Assembly (NCBI GenBank): GCA_002189035.1 | Contig: NEEC01000004.1 | Coordinates: forward strand, 2,294,001 to 2,358,000 | DNA: 64,000 nucleotides | DNA from: Utricularia gibba | Taxonomy: Eukaryota; Plantae; Magnoliophyta | Direction: 5' to 3' | Part shown: positions 1 to 12,529 of the stretch, piece after piece | Layout: each line of letters begins with the position of its first letter | Position numbering within the stretch: the stretch's first letter is position 1 | Position numbers and translations under genes: made by a program | Notes under the pieces: generated by a model | Seen by the model: the letters and a program-made list of their open reading frames with translations, nothing else | Told to the model about the DNA's origin: nothing | Databases searched by the model: none

Positions 1-1
1 A

Positions 2-1423
2 AAGGAGTCAATCAAAAGTGCAAAGACTTGGTTTATGAAGAGGGCTCCTTATGCAGCTGTTCTTGCCAAGGCACTTTGTGATAGAGTGTTCTCTTTAGAT
101 GATTTAGAGAGACAGTTGCAGATAATTTATCTGGCCAATGAGATTCTATTTGACAGTTGAACTCTCTCTCTCTCATTTTTTATTTTTGAAGCTTCCGACT
201 TCAAAGTGAAGTAAATTATTGACGTCATGTTGAAAATTATAGGCTTCGAGACTACTCTGAAAGCTTCTTTTAAACAAATATTTACTTGTCGACATCTGAA
301 ACATGCAGCTTGCAGAGCCGTGTCAACCCTCAGGAATTGGACAACGAAGCTGTTGCATTTAGGCCAGTTTTGGGTTCTATGTTGGTCGTTGTATTCAACA
401 ATCCACAAAACAAGGGGGAGAACCAGTCGAGCCTTCAGAAGATCTTACAATTTTGGGCTTCAAAAGAAGTGTATGATCATGATGCCATCCTTGCGCTTGA
501 TGCTGAAATGAAAAGTCAGGTTCTCCCACTTCATTTGGGTGATTTTTTTTTTTTTTTTTGGCCACTGCACCTTTTGTTAGTAGGGATCATTCCGCTACTT
601 CTGGTTTGTCTTCAGTCAGCACCATTTTAAATGCTTTTAAACGCTTTTCCCATTTATGCTTTCTAAGCCGACCTCCCATGGCTAACTAGCAGTTGTTTAA
701 CAGGAGTTCCTCATTTGCCACCTAATCTCAGTTCCTTACAGTGGCAACCTGGTGCATTACCGTCAAAACCGGATCATGCAGTTAAACAAGTTCCTCCAAT
801 GCCACCTCTACCACCCCTGAAATTGCTTCCTACCTCAGTTCCTTCTGCTGGATTAATTGCACCAGTGACTGCACCACCACCCGGGGATCAGCCAAATCCC
901 ACCTCGGTGCCCACCCCTGGGAAGCTAGCTGAAAAGCTGCCTCCATATCCATTGTTCCCACCAGGTCTCATTCCAGGTATGGTAAGAAAGGTGCAGATAG
1001 GCAGTGGAGTGCCCTACTCTCCTATAAGCCCTCTCGATATACCAGCAGTCATTCCAGCATCAAACGTATCCCCATTAGAAGTCCTTAGGAGGGTTTCGAA
1101 GTTCTTCAGAGAAATCGGAGAAGGGAACCCATCTGAAGGGCCCATAAAAGCATCAGAACCAGGAGATGATGATATTGATGAATACGGATACGAGAGAATG
1201 TCTCCCGTTCGAAAGGGGCCGCCTGCATCCCTCCTCCTCCCAGCCTTATGTTGATCCAGCAACAGGAACTCTTGCGGATGGCAGTGTACCAAGTAGACTC
1301 GAACTTGGTGCGACTGCCGACCGGAATGAACCAAATCAATACGATGATGTCTACTCCTCCTACAGGAAACAGAGAAGCACAAACTACCATTCATCCATGA
1401 GCGCTAGATTGGCAGGAAGGTGA
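2..1423 (+). pseudogene. 3' part of a SURP/CID-domain (CHERP-like, At4g31200-like) RNA-processing gene, apparently disrupted; 5' end lies outside the window
   Basis: Translated pieces [14 protein letters not shown]...[12 protein letters not shown] / [11 protein letters not shown]...FWASKEVYD / [36 protein letters not shown]...[17 protein letters not shown] / [23 protein letters not shown] match the family. The expected donor after GACAG (156) lacks its G. Two -1 frameshifts lie near 1219 and 1247. Probable intron 539-703. Confidence 0.8.
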
Positions 1424-1699
1424 AAAGCTGGTTCCCTCGGAATTTGTTTATTTTTTTCTAGGAAGCCTTCCACAAGCAAGCGCCTTCTTGCTTGTTGCCA
1501 TCGCAAGCAAATGGAAACAAGTAGTTGGAGAATTGTGTCATGTCATCATGTACAACATGTTGATGGCAGAATTATAATGATTAGTTTGATAGAATGATTT
1601 AACTTATGTCATATTAAATATAATTAGGATTAAATTATATCAAAACAAATAATTTATAAAAATATGAATGCACTTTATATGAAAGATTCGATTTAAATG

Positions 1700-2219
1700 T
1701 GATGGGGAATGAATCGACTGCGGATAATCAGCTCCTGCAAAGCTGTCAAAAGAAGCTCTGACAGGATAAAACCAGTTGACAGGCCCATACGTGTCAAAAT
1801 CTAACAAGGGCAGTATGGCTCAGTTTGAAGAGTAACCGAGTCACGGCAGAATGGGCGGCGATTGTTTGAAAAGCAAGATCATTGCGTAAGTGCAGAAAGA
1901 TAGCCGACACCTGCGAAGCTCATGATTCGGTCGGATCGGCCTCCCTTATAAATAGAAGAAATCATAACGAAGAGAGGGTCGGGTCCAAAACCTCCTACTT
2001 GTACTCTTCCCCACCACCTCCGTCTAGTAAAAATCTTCTCCAGCGAATCCCGACAGTTCCGTGGTTTTTCCGCCTCACGGTGGTTTCCACGTAAAAATCC
2101 CTGCCTATTTTCATTTCATCCGGTCAAATCAAACAAACCACGAAAAGAAACAATACATCCGATACCACCCGCTACGCGAAAATCGGTCCAGTCCATTATA
2201 CCGATTTTCGCCCTTAACA
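1700..2219 (+). mobile_element. Putative solo LTR (Tat-like Ty3/gypsy)
   Basis: GC-richer island in AT-rich DNA with termini TGATGGGG...CCCTTAACA. Flanks AAATG/ATATG match 4/5. Internal TATAAATAG and GGTTTCCACGTAAAAATCC motifs resemble Tat-type LTRs. Confidence 0.5.
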
Positions 2220-2574
2220 ATATGTTTATTAAACTATTTTAATTAAATATTTATATATAACCATTTATTACGTATTTAGTAAAATAATATCATATTTTGT
2301 TATTGTGGAGATAATAAAATTCATCTAATACATAAGTTTGTATTTTCTTATACATGAAAATTTAGATAAAAAACCTAATAATACATGATGTCATTTATTA
2401 CTGTTTATAAAAAGATTCAATTAAAATACATATTTAATATAACAAAATCTGTCATATACTAATATATGAGCTCTAAAGGTTTGCTGATATATATTATTTG
2501 ATGACACCGTTTTAGACGGGACTGTTATAAACACACGTTGGGAGCAAATCTTTTTTGGAAATGATTTTCTGTTC

Positions 2575-2607
2575 ACGTGGGCCTTGAGAAGAATGGGCTT
2601 TCAGTCC
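2575..2607 (+). promoter_or_regulatory. CACGTG plus two site II-like (TGGGCY) motifs upstream of POLL
   Basis: cacgtgggcc...aatgggctt about 110-140 bp upstream of the ATG at 2714; motif match only. Confidence 0.35.
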
Positions 2608-2713
2608 GTATTCGTCCTCTGTCCAGCTACTCGACGAAGGGACACGTTGGGTGCAAAGATTGAGTTCCACGTTTTCGACGTGTCGCCATTCGCCAACACT
2701 GTAACAGTAGGAA

Positions 2714-5700
2714 ATGCCGCCAAACTCTACGAAGAAAGCTATATCTTGTGATCCTCATGGTATGTTCTCCGGAGTGATCGTCTTCTTCGTTGAAATGGGC
2801 GTTCAAGTTCGTCGGATTCAGGTTTTTGGTTTTCTTAGTCTGCTAACATTTGTACCAAAAGATTTGTGTATAACTGAAATCATCGTCTCATCTCTTCTAA
2901 GATTTGGAAGCAAAGATTGGTCCAGATGGGTGCTGTAATCCAGGACCGTTTGACCAAGAGTATCACCCACGTTTTTGCCAAAGATTTGAGTTCGGCGCTG
3001 GAGAAGCTTGGTCAGGAGACGCTCTCACGATTCAGAGGAGTATATTTCTAGATTTTTTTTTCATTAGGTACTATACTAGAAAGTACTCTCCTAAATAATG
3101 TGAATTTTTTGTTGCAAACATGTATTAGAAAGTTCTCAGCTATCAGTGGATAGAGGACAGCTTAAAGATGGGTGAAAAGGTTCTTGAAGATTCATACAGT
3201 CTCAGAATGCAAACTGATACGAGTGTCACTCGGCAAGCTGCAGAAAGCAATCCGCTGCAGCAAAATCAAGAGAATCTGAGGTTTTCTGACGATGACACGT
3301 TCCCTGCGAAAAAGAGCAAACCATGTCCGGAGGAGGCTAGCGATATCCTATCCTGCAAGGCTCCTGAATATCATCAGATAGATAGCAGTCCTTGTACCTC
3401 ATCAGGCTCCCTAAGTCATCGAGACCTAAGTTCACATGGACCTGTAAGTGGGTAGCTGTAGGGATGTCAAAACGTAGAAGAAACGTGATGAGTTTTGCTT
3501 AATTGAAGATGCTATTTGGATTATTTCCCTGATTGATCACAGTGTTTTCTGATGAGTTTGTGTCTGTGCAAATGAATAGGACGCTGTATCGGATACATCG
3601 TTGGTTTATAACCCTCCTGATTTGAATAGAAATGTAACCGAAATATTTGCAAAGCTTATGGACATTTATAGAGGTTAAGTGATTTCGAATCCTTTTTTTG
3701 GGTTTACTTGGATTCTTTCGTTGAAACTAATTTATTTTCTGGCATTACGTTCTAGCCATGGGAGATGATCGTAGGTCTTTTAGCTATTATAAGGCTATTC
3801 CAGTAATTGAAAAGTTGCCCTTCAAAATTGAAAGCAGGGAGCAGGTAAGGAATCTACCAGGGATTGGAAAGTCGCTGCAAGATCATGTAAGTAGCTAATG
3901 ATGTCATGTTTGAGTAGCATTTGTTATTGAAAAACACCTGAAATACTTCATAGCACACTTATCCGTCAATGATTTTACATTTTTGGGTCTTTAAACTACT
4001 TTTTGAATGACTCTTGGTATGGTACATGACTGGTAGTTGAAAATGATATTGCAGATTCAAGAAATTGTCAACACGGGTAAACTTTCTAAGTTGGAGAATT
4101 TCCAAAAGGATGAAAAGGTGTTCTTTATTTAAAAAAAAGACAATGAGCATTTCAATGTATTCATTTCAATGTATTCATAAATGATGCCCACCCATCAAAA
4201 TCTATATTTGTGAGTAACTTTGTTTAATTTACTGAAGAGTAATTGCTATCTTTTTTTGTTGGTGATAAAATTTTTCAGGTGCGTACCATTAGTTTATTTG
4301 CAGATGTTTGGGGCATTGGACCAGCAACTGCGTTGAAACTGTATGAAAAGGGGCACAGGACTCTTGATGATTTGAAAGCTGAGGAATCCTTAACAAATGC
4401 ACAAAGGTTAGGCTTGAAGTATTTTGAAGATATTAAAACAAGAATACCTCGCCATGAGGTGAGCCTGTGGGTTGAGTAATAAAGTTCTTTCTATTCAAAA
4501 TTTGGAATATCTCCTTTTATTGTGCTTCGCTATATGGTAGGTTGAAGAGATGGAAGGTATTCTTAAGAAGGTTGGTGAAGAAATTTTGCCTGGGGTAAGG
4601 ATGGGAGTTTAGTGCCATTGTTGCAAAGTTGAACACAAATTAGCCAACGGATCATGGATGATGTGAGGAAGTGCATGATGTACTATGGTCCTATTCTTTA
4701 TTCTTTAACAATGCACTTCTTTTGCAGGTGGCTATTGTCTGTGGAGGATCATACAGACGTGGAAAGGCATCTTGTGGGGATATGGATATTGTCATCACTC
4801 ATCCCGATGGTAAAAGGTATGATAATAGCATTCAAGGTCATAAACTTTTGTACTTTACGAGAATTCCGGTATTTGCTGAGAAACCCTTGGGGTCTTGCCG
4901 ACTTTCCAGTCATATTGGCTTCCTTCCGAAGTTTGTAAAGCGTTTAAAGGAAGTCAACTTCTTGAGAGAGCATCTGGTTTTTAGCGTGCACAGTGTCGAG
5001 GTAAGAGTTTGAACATTGTAAATAAAACTAATCTCACATTGTTTTTTAATTCGAACTTGCATACTTGCGGAGTTCAGCCTTGACCCAAAATAATATCCAG
5101 TTAATATGCGGCTAACAAGGCTAATGCTTGGTTCATTTCTTCATCCTTGTTTACCAACAGGGCACTGACAGTGGAGTGGATACTTATTTTGGTCTCTGCA
5201 CATATCCCGGACAAGAGCTTCGTCACCGCATTGATTTTAAGGTGTTCAGTTGTATTAACTGGATACCTTGCTTGTGCATTGTTTTCATTCAGTACACTCT
5301 GCCTCTAAAAATGATGAAATGAACTTATGGGCTAACATCTACTCTTAGGTATACCCGAGAGATATTTATGCATTTGGTTTGATAGCGTGGACAGGAAACG
5401 ATGTTTTGAACAGAAGGTCAGTCATCCTTTTTGCATTTGAATTATTCAACAAAGGCAGGTGACATGAGAGTCTAAGGGTGCAGGCTTAGACTATTGGCAG
5501 AGTCAAAAGGATTCAAGCTGGATGACACCGGGATCTTTCCTACCGTTGGAAATGTATGTTGTAACTAAGTAAAGTATGTTATTGTCGCCTGTTTCTGGAA
5601 TCTGAAACTTCAGTCCTTATAATCGCAGGTAAGAACAGGCATTTCAAGTTTGAAATTTGAAAGTGAAAAGCAAGTGTTTGATTTTCTGGGCGTCCCATGG

Positions 5701-5727
5701 CTTGAGCCTCATCAAAGGAACCTGTGA
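2714..5727 (+). CDS. POLL: DNA polymerase lambda (X family; BRCT + 8-kDa lyase + PolX), about 14 exons, apparently intact
   Basis: Exons traced with GT-AG borders (2714-2821, 2902-3039, 3129-3443, 3580-3673, ...). BRCT segment IWKQRLVQMGA; HhH motifs LPGIGKS and VWGIGPATA; catalytic GSYRRGKASCGDMDIVITHPD and RHRIDFKV; end PWLEPHQRNL* (TGA 5725-5727). Confidence 0.96.
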
Positions 5728-6199
5728 AGTAAATAAATAAATGCGGGTAGTCTTATTTAGTTTGTACTGGAAATATCAAAATATCTGATCATCAGAGGAC
5801 GACGGCACCTGCCATGTTAGAAGAGAATGCTGCCCCGACTCATCCGCCGTTCCAATTTTTGTTTCTAACATAGGAAATGGTATGATGAGGGAAAGTATAA
5901 GAAATCCAGGAGAATGAGTGACACATGGACTGGATGGACGTACTGTAAAATGGTATAGCTTTACAACTTGTAAAGAATGGTGCCTTTAATCAAAGTTCAA
6001 CAGGTATGTAGGATTCACATCTACAATTCATCCCGGGTTTTCATGTTTTGAAGCAGCAAAAGAAGTGGCTTTGGCTGCGTCATGAGTTACATACAAAGGG
6101 TCAAATGACGAGACCAACAAGAGGAAAGCTCAACAAGAACACTGAGTTTGTGGCCCCTGCATTCTCTGATGCAGTCTTAGTTGACAGAAAAGCCTCTAG

Positions 6200-8368
6200 T
6201 TACATTTCTCCCTCAGCGAGGAGAAAAACAGCAGGCTCAACGTTAGCAGCATAGCCATATTTTGAAGTGCTGTACTTCTTATGCACACCAGTTATTTTCC
6301 CAGTTCCTGCTCTCTGATGGAAAGTTACCATCATCTTCGCACAATCACTACGAGAAGGCATAGATCATTTCTGTCTTTTGTGCCAGGAAATAAGCAGTAG
6401 AAAGTTGGTTGTGGATCACTTACAGGAGCTGGTTCTTTGTGTAATTTGTGTGAGTCTCACATGTAATGCTCCACTGTTTTTGCCCACTTACCGTGCACAG
6501 GCCTGTAAAGATTGCAGCAGCTGCCAGCAGGGACGGTGGGAACTGAAGCATCTCGTACTCAACTAGGCAGAGTTCGATTAAGAAGAACGATAGGAGCTCC
6601 AGCTGCTTGACAAGTTAGCAGTGGCGATGATCTTCCCAACACAGGTAAAAAGAAGCCGGAAGCACTAAAGAAACAAACCTTTTTATCCGACTGCGCAGCT
6701 TTCAGGAAACGCCGCATGAAAACATATGGAGTTGGCAAAGAAAGATTAAACTGCAAGGTGTTGATCATCAATTTCTCCTACAGCGGCGAACGCACACCAA
6801 AGTTAAAGACTTCTGCTGTTTTTCACGTTGCCAATTTACGGAGAGACTACCAACCATTTCAAGAGCCTCTTGTCTGCTGTAAGCTTTGTCTGAGATCAGA
6901 ATAAGGTCCTCCACGATGGGGACGGAAACTTCTTCGTATTTGCAGGCAAGAAGAAGAGCCGTGGCCCCGACTAGTTGCAGTTTCTTCCTTACCATTGGCT
7001 TGACTGCGAGGAACCTATCAATGAGATTGACAGTCAAATACAATGTCTCTTCCATCAGCTCGAACTTATAATGCACCTGCGATGATTAGAACACAAGTAG
7101 GTGATATGACGACATTTTCTTCTGAATAGAAGCATACAACAAAACGGATGAGGAATCTTCACCTCAATAAGCCAGTCAATGAGAATGGCTCTCATACGTT
7201 CATTAATGTCGGGTTGCTTTTCCATATAATTTGGTGGGACACAACTTAGCCTCTGTAACAAAAGACCAGGAACTAAAAAAGAATCTAAATGGAATGCGAC
7301 ATATGGACATCACAGAACATTGTGAAAAAGAGTAGATGCAAACGGGTTTGCTGGGACACTGATGGTTTGAACAAAAGGCTGTCTAGCATATACATGAAAG
7401 AATGTACCACCTCTGCTTTCTTGTAGTATGTGTAAATTTCATCAATGTACTCAGTAACTGCAAATGGATTTTTCTTGTCACTGCTGTCAATGTCCATCAC
7501 TAGCTCCTCCACTTCGTGAGAAATGTCTTCCATTTCAACTTCTACATCCTGCACAAAACTCAAAACATCAAGAATAACCAAGATGGAAAGGGGAAGAAAC
7601 AGAACTTGAGATGAAGGAGAAGTACCATTCTGTATATATCTTCCAGCATAGCTTCTGTATGTTGAACGAAAGATGGCACATCTTCATCTGCCTCCCAGAT
7701 AATGCAGTCTTCAGATTCAAAGGGAATTGGAGCAGCTTGAGGCAAGGGCTCCACTTCCTAAAATAGCAGCATATTGGCAAATTATCATCAGTCCCTATTA
7801 CGTACACCACAAGTGAATGTAACATTATGCAAGAAGAAAGGACAAGTACCTGAGGTGCTTGCTTCTGTTCTATTTCAGCTCTTTTTGCAAAGTTTCTGAA
7901 GAGCCATCACAAGTTTATATTCATGATGTGTGTCATGAGAAAAATGTTTTAAGAATACCATGAAAGTAGAATCAACGAACCTAGTATTTGGACGGTGAAC
8001 AAGGATACCACTCTTCTTGTTACTGGAAGAACAACTCAAAATAGAAAGCCATTTAAGGATAAATATGGTATTGAAAAACTCCTAAATATTTTGGCGATTC
8101 ATACTCTTTGAAACTATCCCTTTTGTACAGAGCACATGGGTAGGAAGGATCCACAATGATGTTCTTATCTATTGCACCCAATGCCCTCCTGTTGTTACCA
8201 AGCCTTGTGGATACTTTTCCATCCCCAGGCCTCATTGCCATCCCTATCAAGAAACATCGAAAAATGCCATCACTGTCCAGCACTTCAGTTAAAAGTGCCT
8301 TGAAAATTTAAATTACCTTGAGAATTTGAACAGTGCATCAGGCCTGGAAAATTTTCCTTAGATGACAT
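6200..8368 (-). CDS. CYCB2: G2/mitotic B2-type cyclin, multi-exon
   Basis: Inferred ATG at 8368 (MSSKENFPG). D-box [10 protein letters not shown]; cyclin box [51 protein letters not shown]; C-terminal [23 protein letters not shown]...EGEM* (stop 6200-6202). Confidence 0.94.
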
Positions 8369-8835
8369 TATGATTTATCTTTCCGATACGGGTTCTTTGA
8401 AAACACAAACGATAACAAGATCAAAGAACCGCTAGCAAAAAAGTAGAATCTTGATTCAAATTTTCAAGATTGAACGCATATCAATGAGACCCATGTCAAT
8501 AAAACAAAGAAAAACTAAACCTTCAAATAAATCCTACTCAACAATCTCTGGGAAACTACAGAAACTCCTTCGAAAAAGATCAGTCGGAATAGAGAGGGAG
8601 TCTACATAGGAAACCCCGTTGAATGAGAATCAATCAACAGAGTGTTGAAAAGCAATGCAAGTAATCGGGAATCCAACTCCCCCTTCTCCCAAAATCGTGT
8701 AGGATATTTCGTTCTTGTGCGAGGTTCAGTTGAAAACATGGATAGTGAACGTAAACAGCGGATTTATGTCGGCACCCTCACTGAGATTACCAAGACCAGT
8801 CTATTTTCTTATTTTTCTTGGAATTTATTTGAAAA

Positions 8836-8903
8836 CAACGGCTAGTGAATGATGGCCGTTGGATGAAGCGCACCGCTCTTTCTCGTTTGTATGCAAACGG
8901 CTA
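8836..8903. promoter_or_regulatory. Three MSA (M-specific activator, AACGG core) elements upstream of CYCB2
   Basis: CAACGGCTA (8836), TGGCCGTTGGA (8853, = TCCAACGGCCA) and AAACGGCTA (8895). MSA elements bound by MYB3R factors are the established regulators of plant B-type cyclins. Confidence 0.8.
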
Positions 8904-9709
8904 TATTTCGTCTCTTTTAAATAGCCCCCACGTGTCCCTTTTCAAATAATTCCCTTTTTCTCTATATACATACAGAAAAATAATTAAGTTTCAATATACT
9001 AAAATTTAGTGCCCACGTGGAAGTAAAATTAAGTAAAATAATATAAATTTTTTATAGTAGGTTTTTATACTAAATGCTTATCCTTAAAATTATAAATTAG
9101 ATTTGAAACTTAAAAAATATTATTTAAATGTAAGTAATCATGAAATAAATTATATAATAAGTTGCATTTTTATTTAATTATAATATTATTTTTATATTAC
9201 TGTTGTTTTATTATCAATTTTAAATCTCAAAATTATCCATGATTGATGTTTCCACTTTTATATATTATCACAATGTACTGATTCTGGGTGTATTAGAAAT
9301 CTTTGATGAAGTGTGAAAATATTGGCCATTTTCGGTTAAAAATTTTTGATTGAATTTGTGAGATAAAATGAGAGGATGACCAGTTTTATAAATAACCATC
9401 TCCACTCCCTATCATTCGCTTTACAAAGTATTAATTAATGTTATAACTTTAATTTAAACAAACATTTATCCAAACCTTTATTAAAATATTTCTTGGATTT
9501 TATTTTGTTAGTATTCTGAAAAGATTGCATAAAATAAATATTTGAGATGATTCTAAAATCTGCTTTTTCTTTAATTTGTTATAAATTTTGAAATTACAAC
9601 TCAATTCGAAGTCCAACAAAAACAACTAAAGAAAGACGTGAAAATTTGAAGAAAGCTACATAATACAAAGGCGCTTCACTGGAGGCTGCTGCTCGCTCCC
9701 TGAGGCTGG

Positions 9710-10430
9710 CTACCCCCTTGGAGCTTCACTGTTCTCAAAGAAGAGCCTGACAGATGAATATATGAGACTGGGCTCGGCCATGGCTCCGTTGCCGTAATCA
9801 CCGCAGGCCAGCTTCTCTCTCACAGGCGGGATCAGGGAAATTCCGAGTTCATCGATTGCCATAAGATGCTGTTCGGTGAAGGGATTACTCCACATCAGGG
9901 TGTTCATTGCTGGTGCCACGAACATCGGTTTGCTGGAGTCCCAAGCACGCACAATGCAGGTAAGTAAGTTATCAGATAGTCCATTAGCAATCTGCTCCAA
10001 GCCAGACACATACTGTCACTAAGCAAAAATGCCGAGTCCAAACGAGATGAATGGTATCCGGGAGGATAGGCAGTACACAAGGAGAAAGTGATACCTTGGC
10101 GAGAGTATTTGCAGACAGTGGTGCGATGACCAAAACATCGGCCCATCTTCGAAGCTCAATGTGCAGTACAGGATCACCTACCTTGTTCCAACTGGACCAT
10201 TCATCGTCATCAGTGTACAGAGTTACGCTGTTTGGAATTGAAGCCCTGTCGAGAAAATGGAGTGATGCTTTAGTAACCACTGCCTTTACTTCACCCCACT
10301 CAGCAAAACAGTGACAAAGATTCCCAAATTTTATCGCAGCCACACTTCCACTTGCTGCGAGTAGAATCCGAGGCTTCCTCGATGGTCCATTCAGCTGTAA
10401 TTCAGCAGTTACGGGTTTTGAGTTCTCCAT
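9710..10430 (-). CDS. HAL3: Phosphopantothenoylcysteine decarboxylase (HAL3 flavoprotein), 2 coding exons (10430-10095, 9991-9710), 205 aa
   Basis: RILLAASGSVAAIKF, VLHIELRRWAD (catalytic His), APLSANTLAK|IANG, PAMN and LACGDYGNGAMAEP (catalytic Cys). An AG acceptor 3 nt before the ATG suggests a 5'UTR intron. Confidence 0.96.
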
Positions 10431-12529
10431 GGTCTGATAATGGAAAAGCCACGGCCGGAAATATTACATAGCAATCATTCCAGGGGACAGAAGATTCGAA
10501 TGCACAGCAGGAAAAAAAACATTCTTGAAAAGCATTCAAATTGACAATGCATCTAACTGTTTGTCGCAAAACAAACTTTACAACAAAAGAGTCATGAAGA
10601 GTCTCATGACTTCCGCAAATCTTATCAAACAGATGAAACGACCGAAGGATGGAACTTTGGCTTTCCCTCTACCAGATTCTGATTCCACACAATGTTCAAC
10701 GTGCGGGAACCCTAAATTCCAACCAAGAAATTGGATCAGAACAATACCTCAATCAACAACGGGGAAAGCCCAGAAGGGTCATAGCAGAATACAGACTTGC
10801 ATGTGTACGGAAGAGAACTCGGAAGTCAGTAGCGAGTGAGTGCGGCTACCATCAGCATTACCTACAGCAGCTCTGCAACTTCCCTCCACACAATGATTAA
10901 AGTCAGCTCATTTGAAATTTGAATAATTTTTATACTTGAATCCTGTCTCTGAACCTCAGGTGACAACTGGGTCTAACCGGTAGTACCGCGATCCGTGGAT
11001 GTGGTCATTTAGAAATGGCGTCAAATATAACTACTATAAATTATATAATGTACAAATGCATTCACTACTTTTTTATTTGTAAAATATCATTTTTAATTTA
11101 AAAATTATTCTTATAAATATACATGTATGTGGTATCTAATATGAAAAATATTGTTATTTTAAATTTAGTTTGAACATATGTAAAAATTATATATTTTAAT
11201 TTTTATTTATTTGACTGTTTTATTAAAATAAATTAAAAAATTATACAATTAAAATAATAATGTAAATATAATTGAAGAAAATTATTATTTGAAATTATTT
11301 TTTAAACTATTTTTTAACATGAGTACATTTTTAGATTAATTTATTCTCATGTAAAATAATTTTACAATTATAAAAAAATTAAAATAATTATAATAAAATG
11401 GATTGTGAAATATACTTACAAAATACAATATAAATTATATAATACAAAAATAGGCATTCAAAGTTCTACAAATGATATTTATTTTTTTCAAAAATAATAT
11501 TAATTAATATATTTAGTAGTCAATTTTTTGCTTATAATTTGTCAATGTGCATCGGTCTAATCAATCAATTTTTTATCAAATTAAAATTGTTTTACAGAAT
11601 TTTTTATATCCAAAATTTTTTTCGAGAGAAAATGAATTGTCAATGCATTAAGTGCAATTCCATAACATGCAGAAGGTTGCATTATAAATATAAAAAATTG
11701 GATTACATAGATTTATTGTAAAAATTTGAAAACAAAATAAGTAAATAAAGAATTCAAGTAATGAATTGTATTCAACATAGACTTATAAGATGAGTGATAT
11801 ACTATAATATGTTAATGAAATTGTATTTTCCCTCAAATTAATTTATTTTTATAAATATATCATAAAAATTTCAACTTCATAGTATAATATTATTAGTAAT
11901 TAAATAAAAACTAAATCAATTTATTATCTTCGAAAATGTACTCCATCAATCACTTATATATATCTCTACAATTGAAAATATTATTAATAATTAAATAAAA
12001 ACTAAATTAATTTATTTGTATGATATATCACTCCAAGTATCCTTGGTAGTGAGGCGAATAGACTGTACCTATCACCCATCTTGCTTGCTTTATTCTTTTT
12101 TACTTTATTGCTCGCCCTGCTAACCACCTCATAGATACTCTAGTTGATCAGATTATCTATTGGGTATAGATTTTAAAAATATAATATTTTTAAATATATT
12201 GCAATAATATCTTACAATCATTAAGTTCCTAAATCATCATTAAAAAACCTAAATTTAAAAAATATACTAGTAAATCCAACTAATCGATAATGAAGGTTTG
12301 AATCTAAAATCTAATATATTGTTCAAAAATATCTTAAAAAAGATGGTTCATTTTTTAGAATTAAGTGAATGGCTTTCCTAAGATGGAATTTCTTTATCTA
12401 CTTTATCTTATTCCATCATTGGACAACTCTCGAAGGTTTTACAAGTATATTAACAAAAATATCAAATCATTTTTCATTTCATGTAGATTTAAATACATAA
12501 GAAAATAATTAACTCACTTTTTATTGATT

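Noticed and set aside
1014-1394. Minus-strand ORFs (126 aa and 94 aa)
   Set aside because: Antisense to the SURP/CID gene
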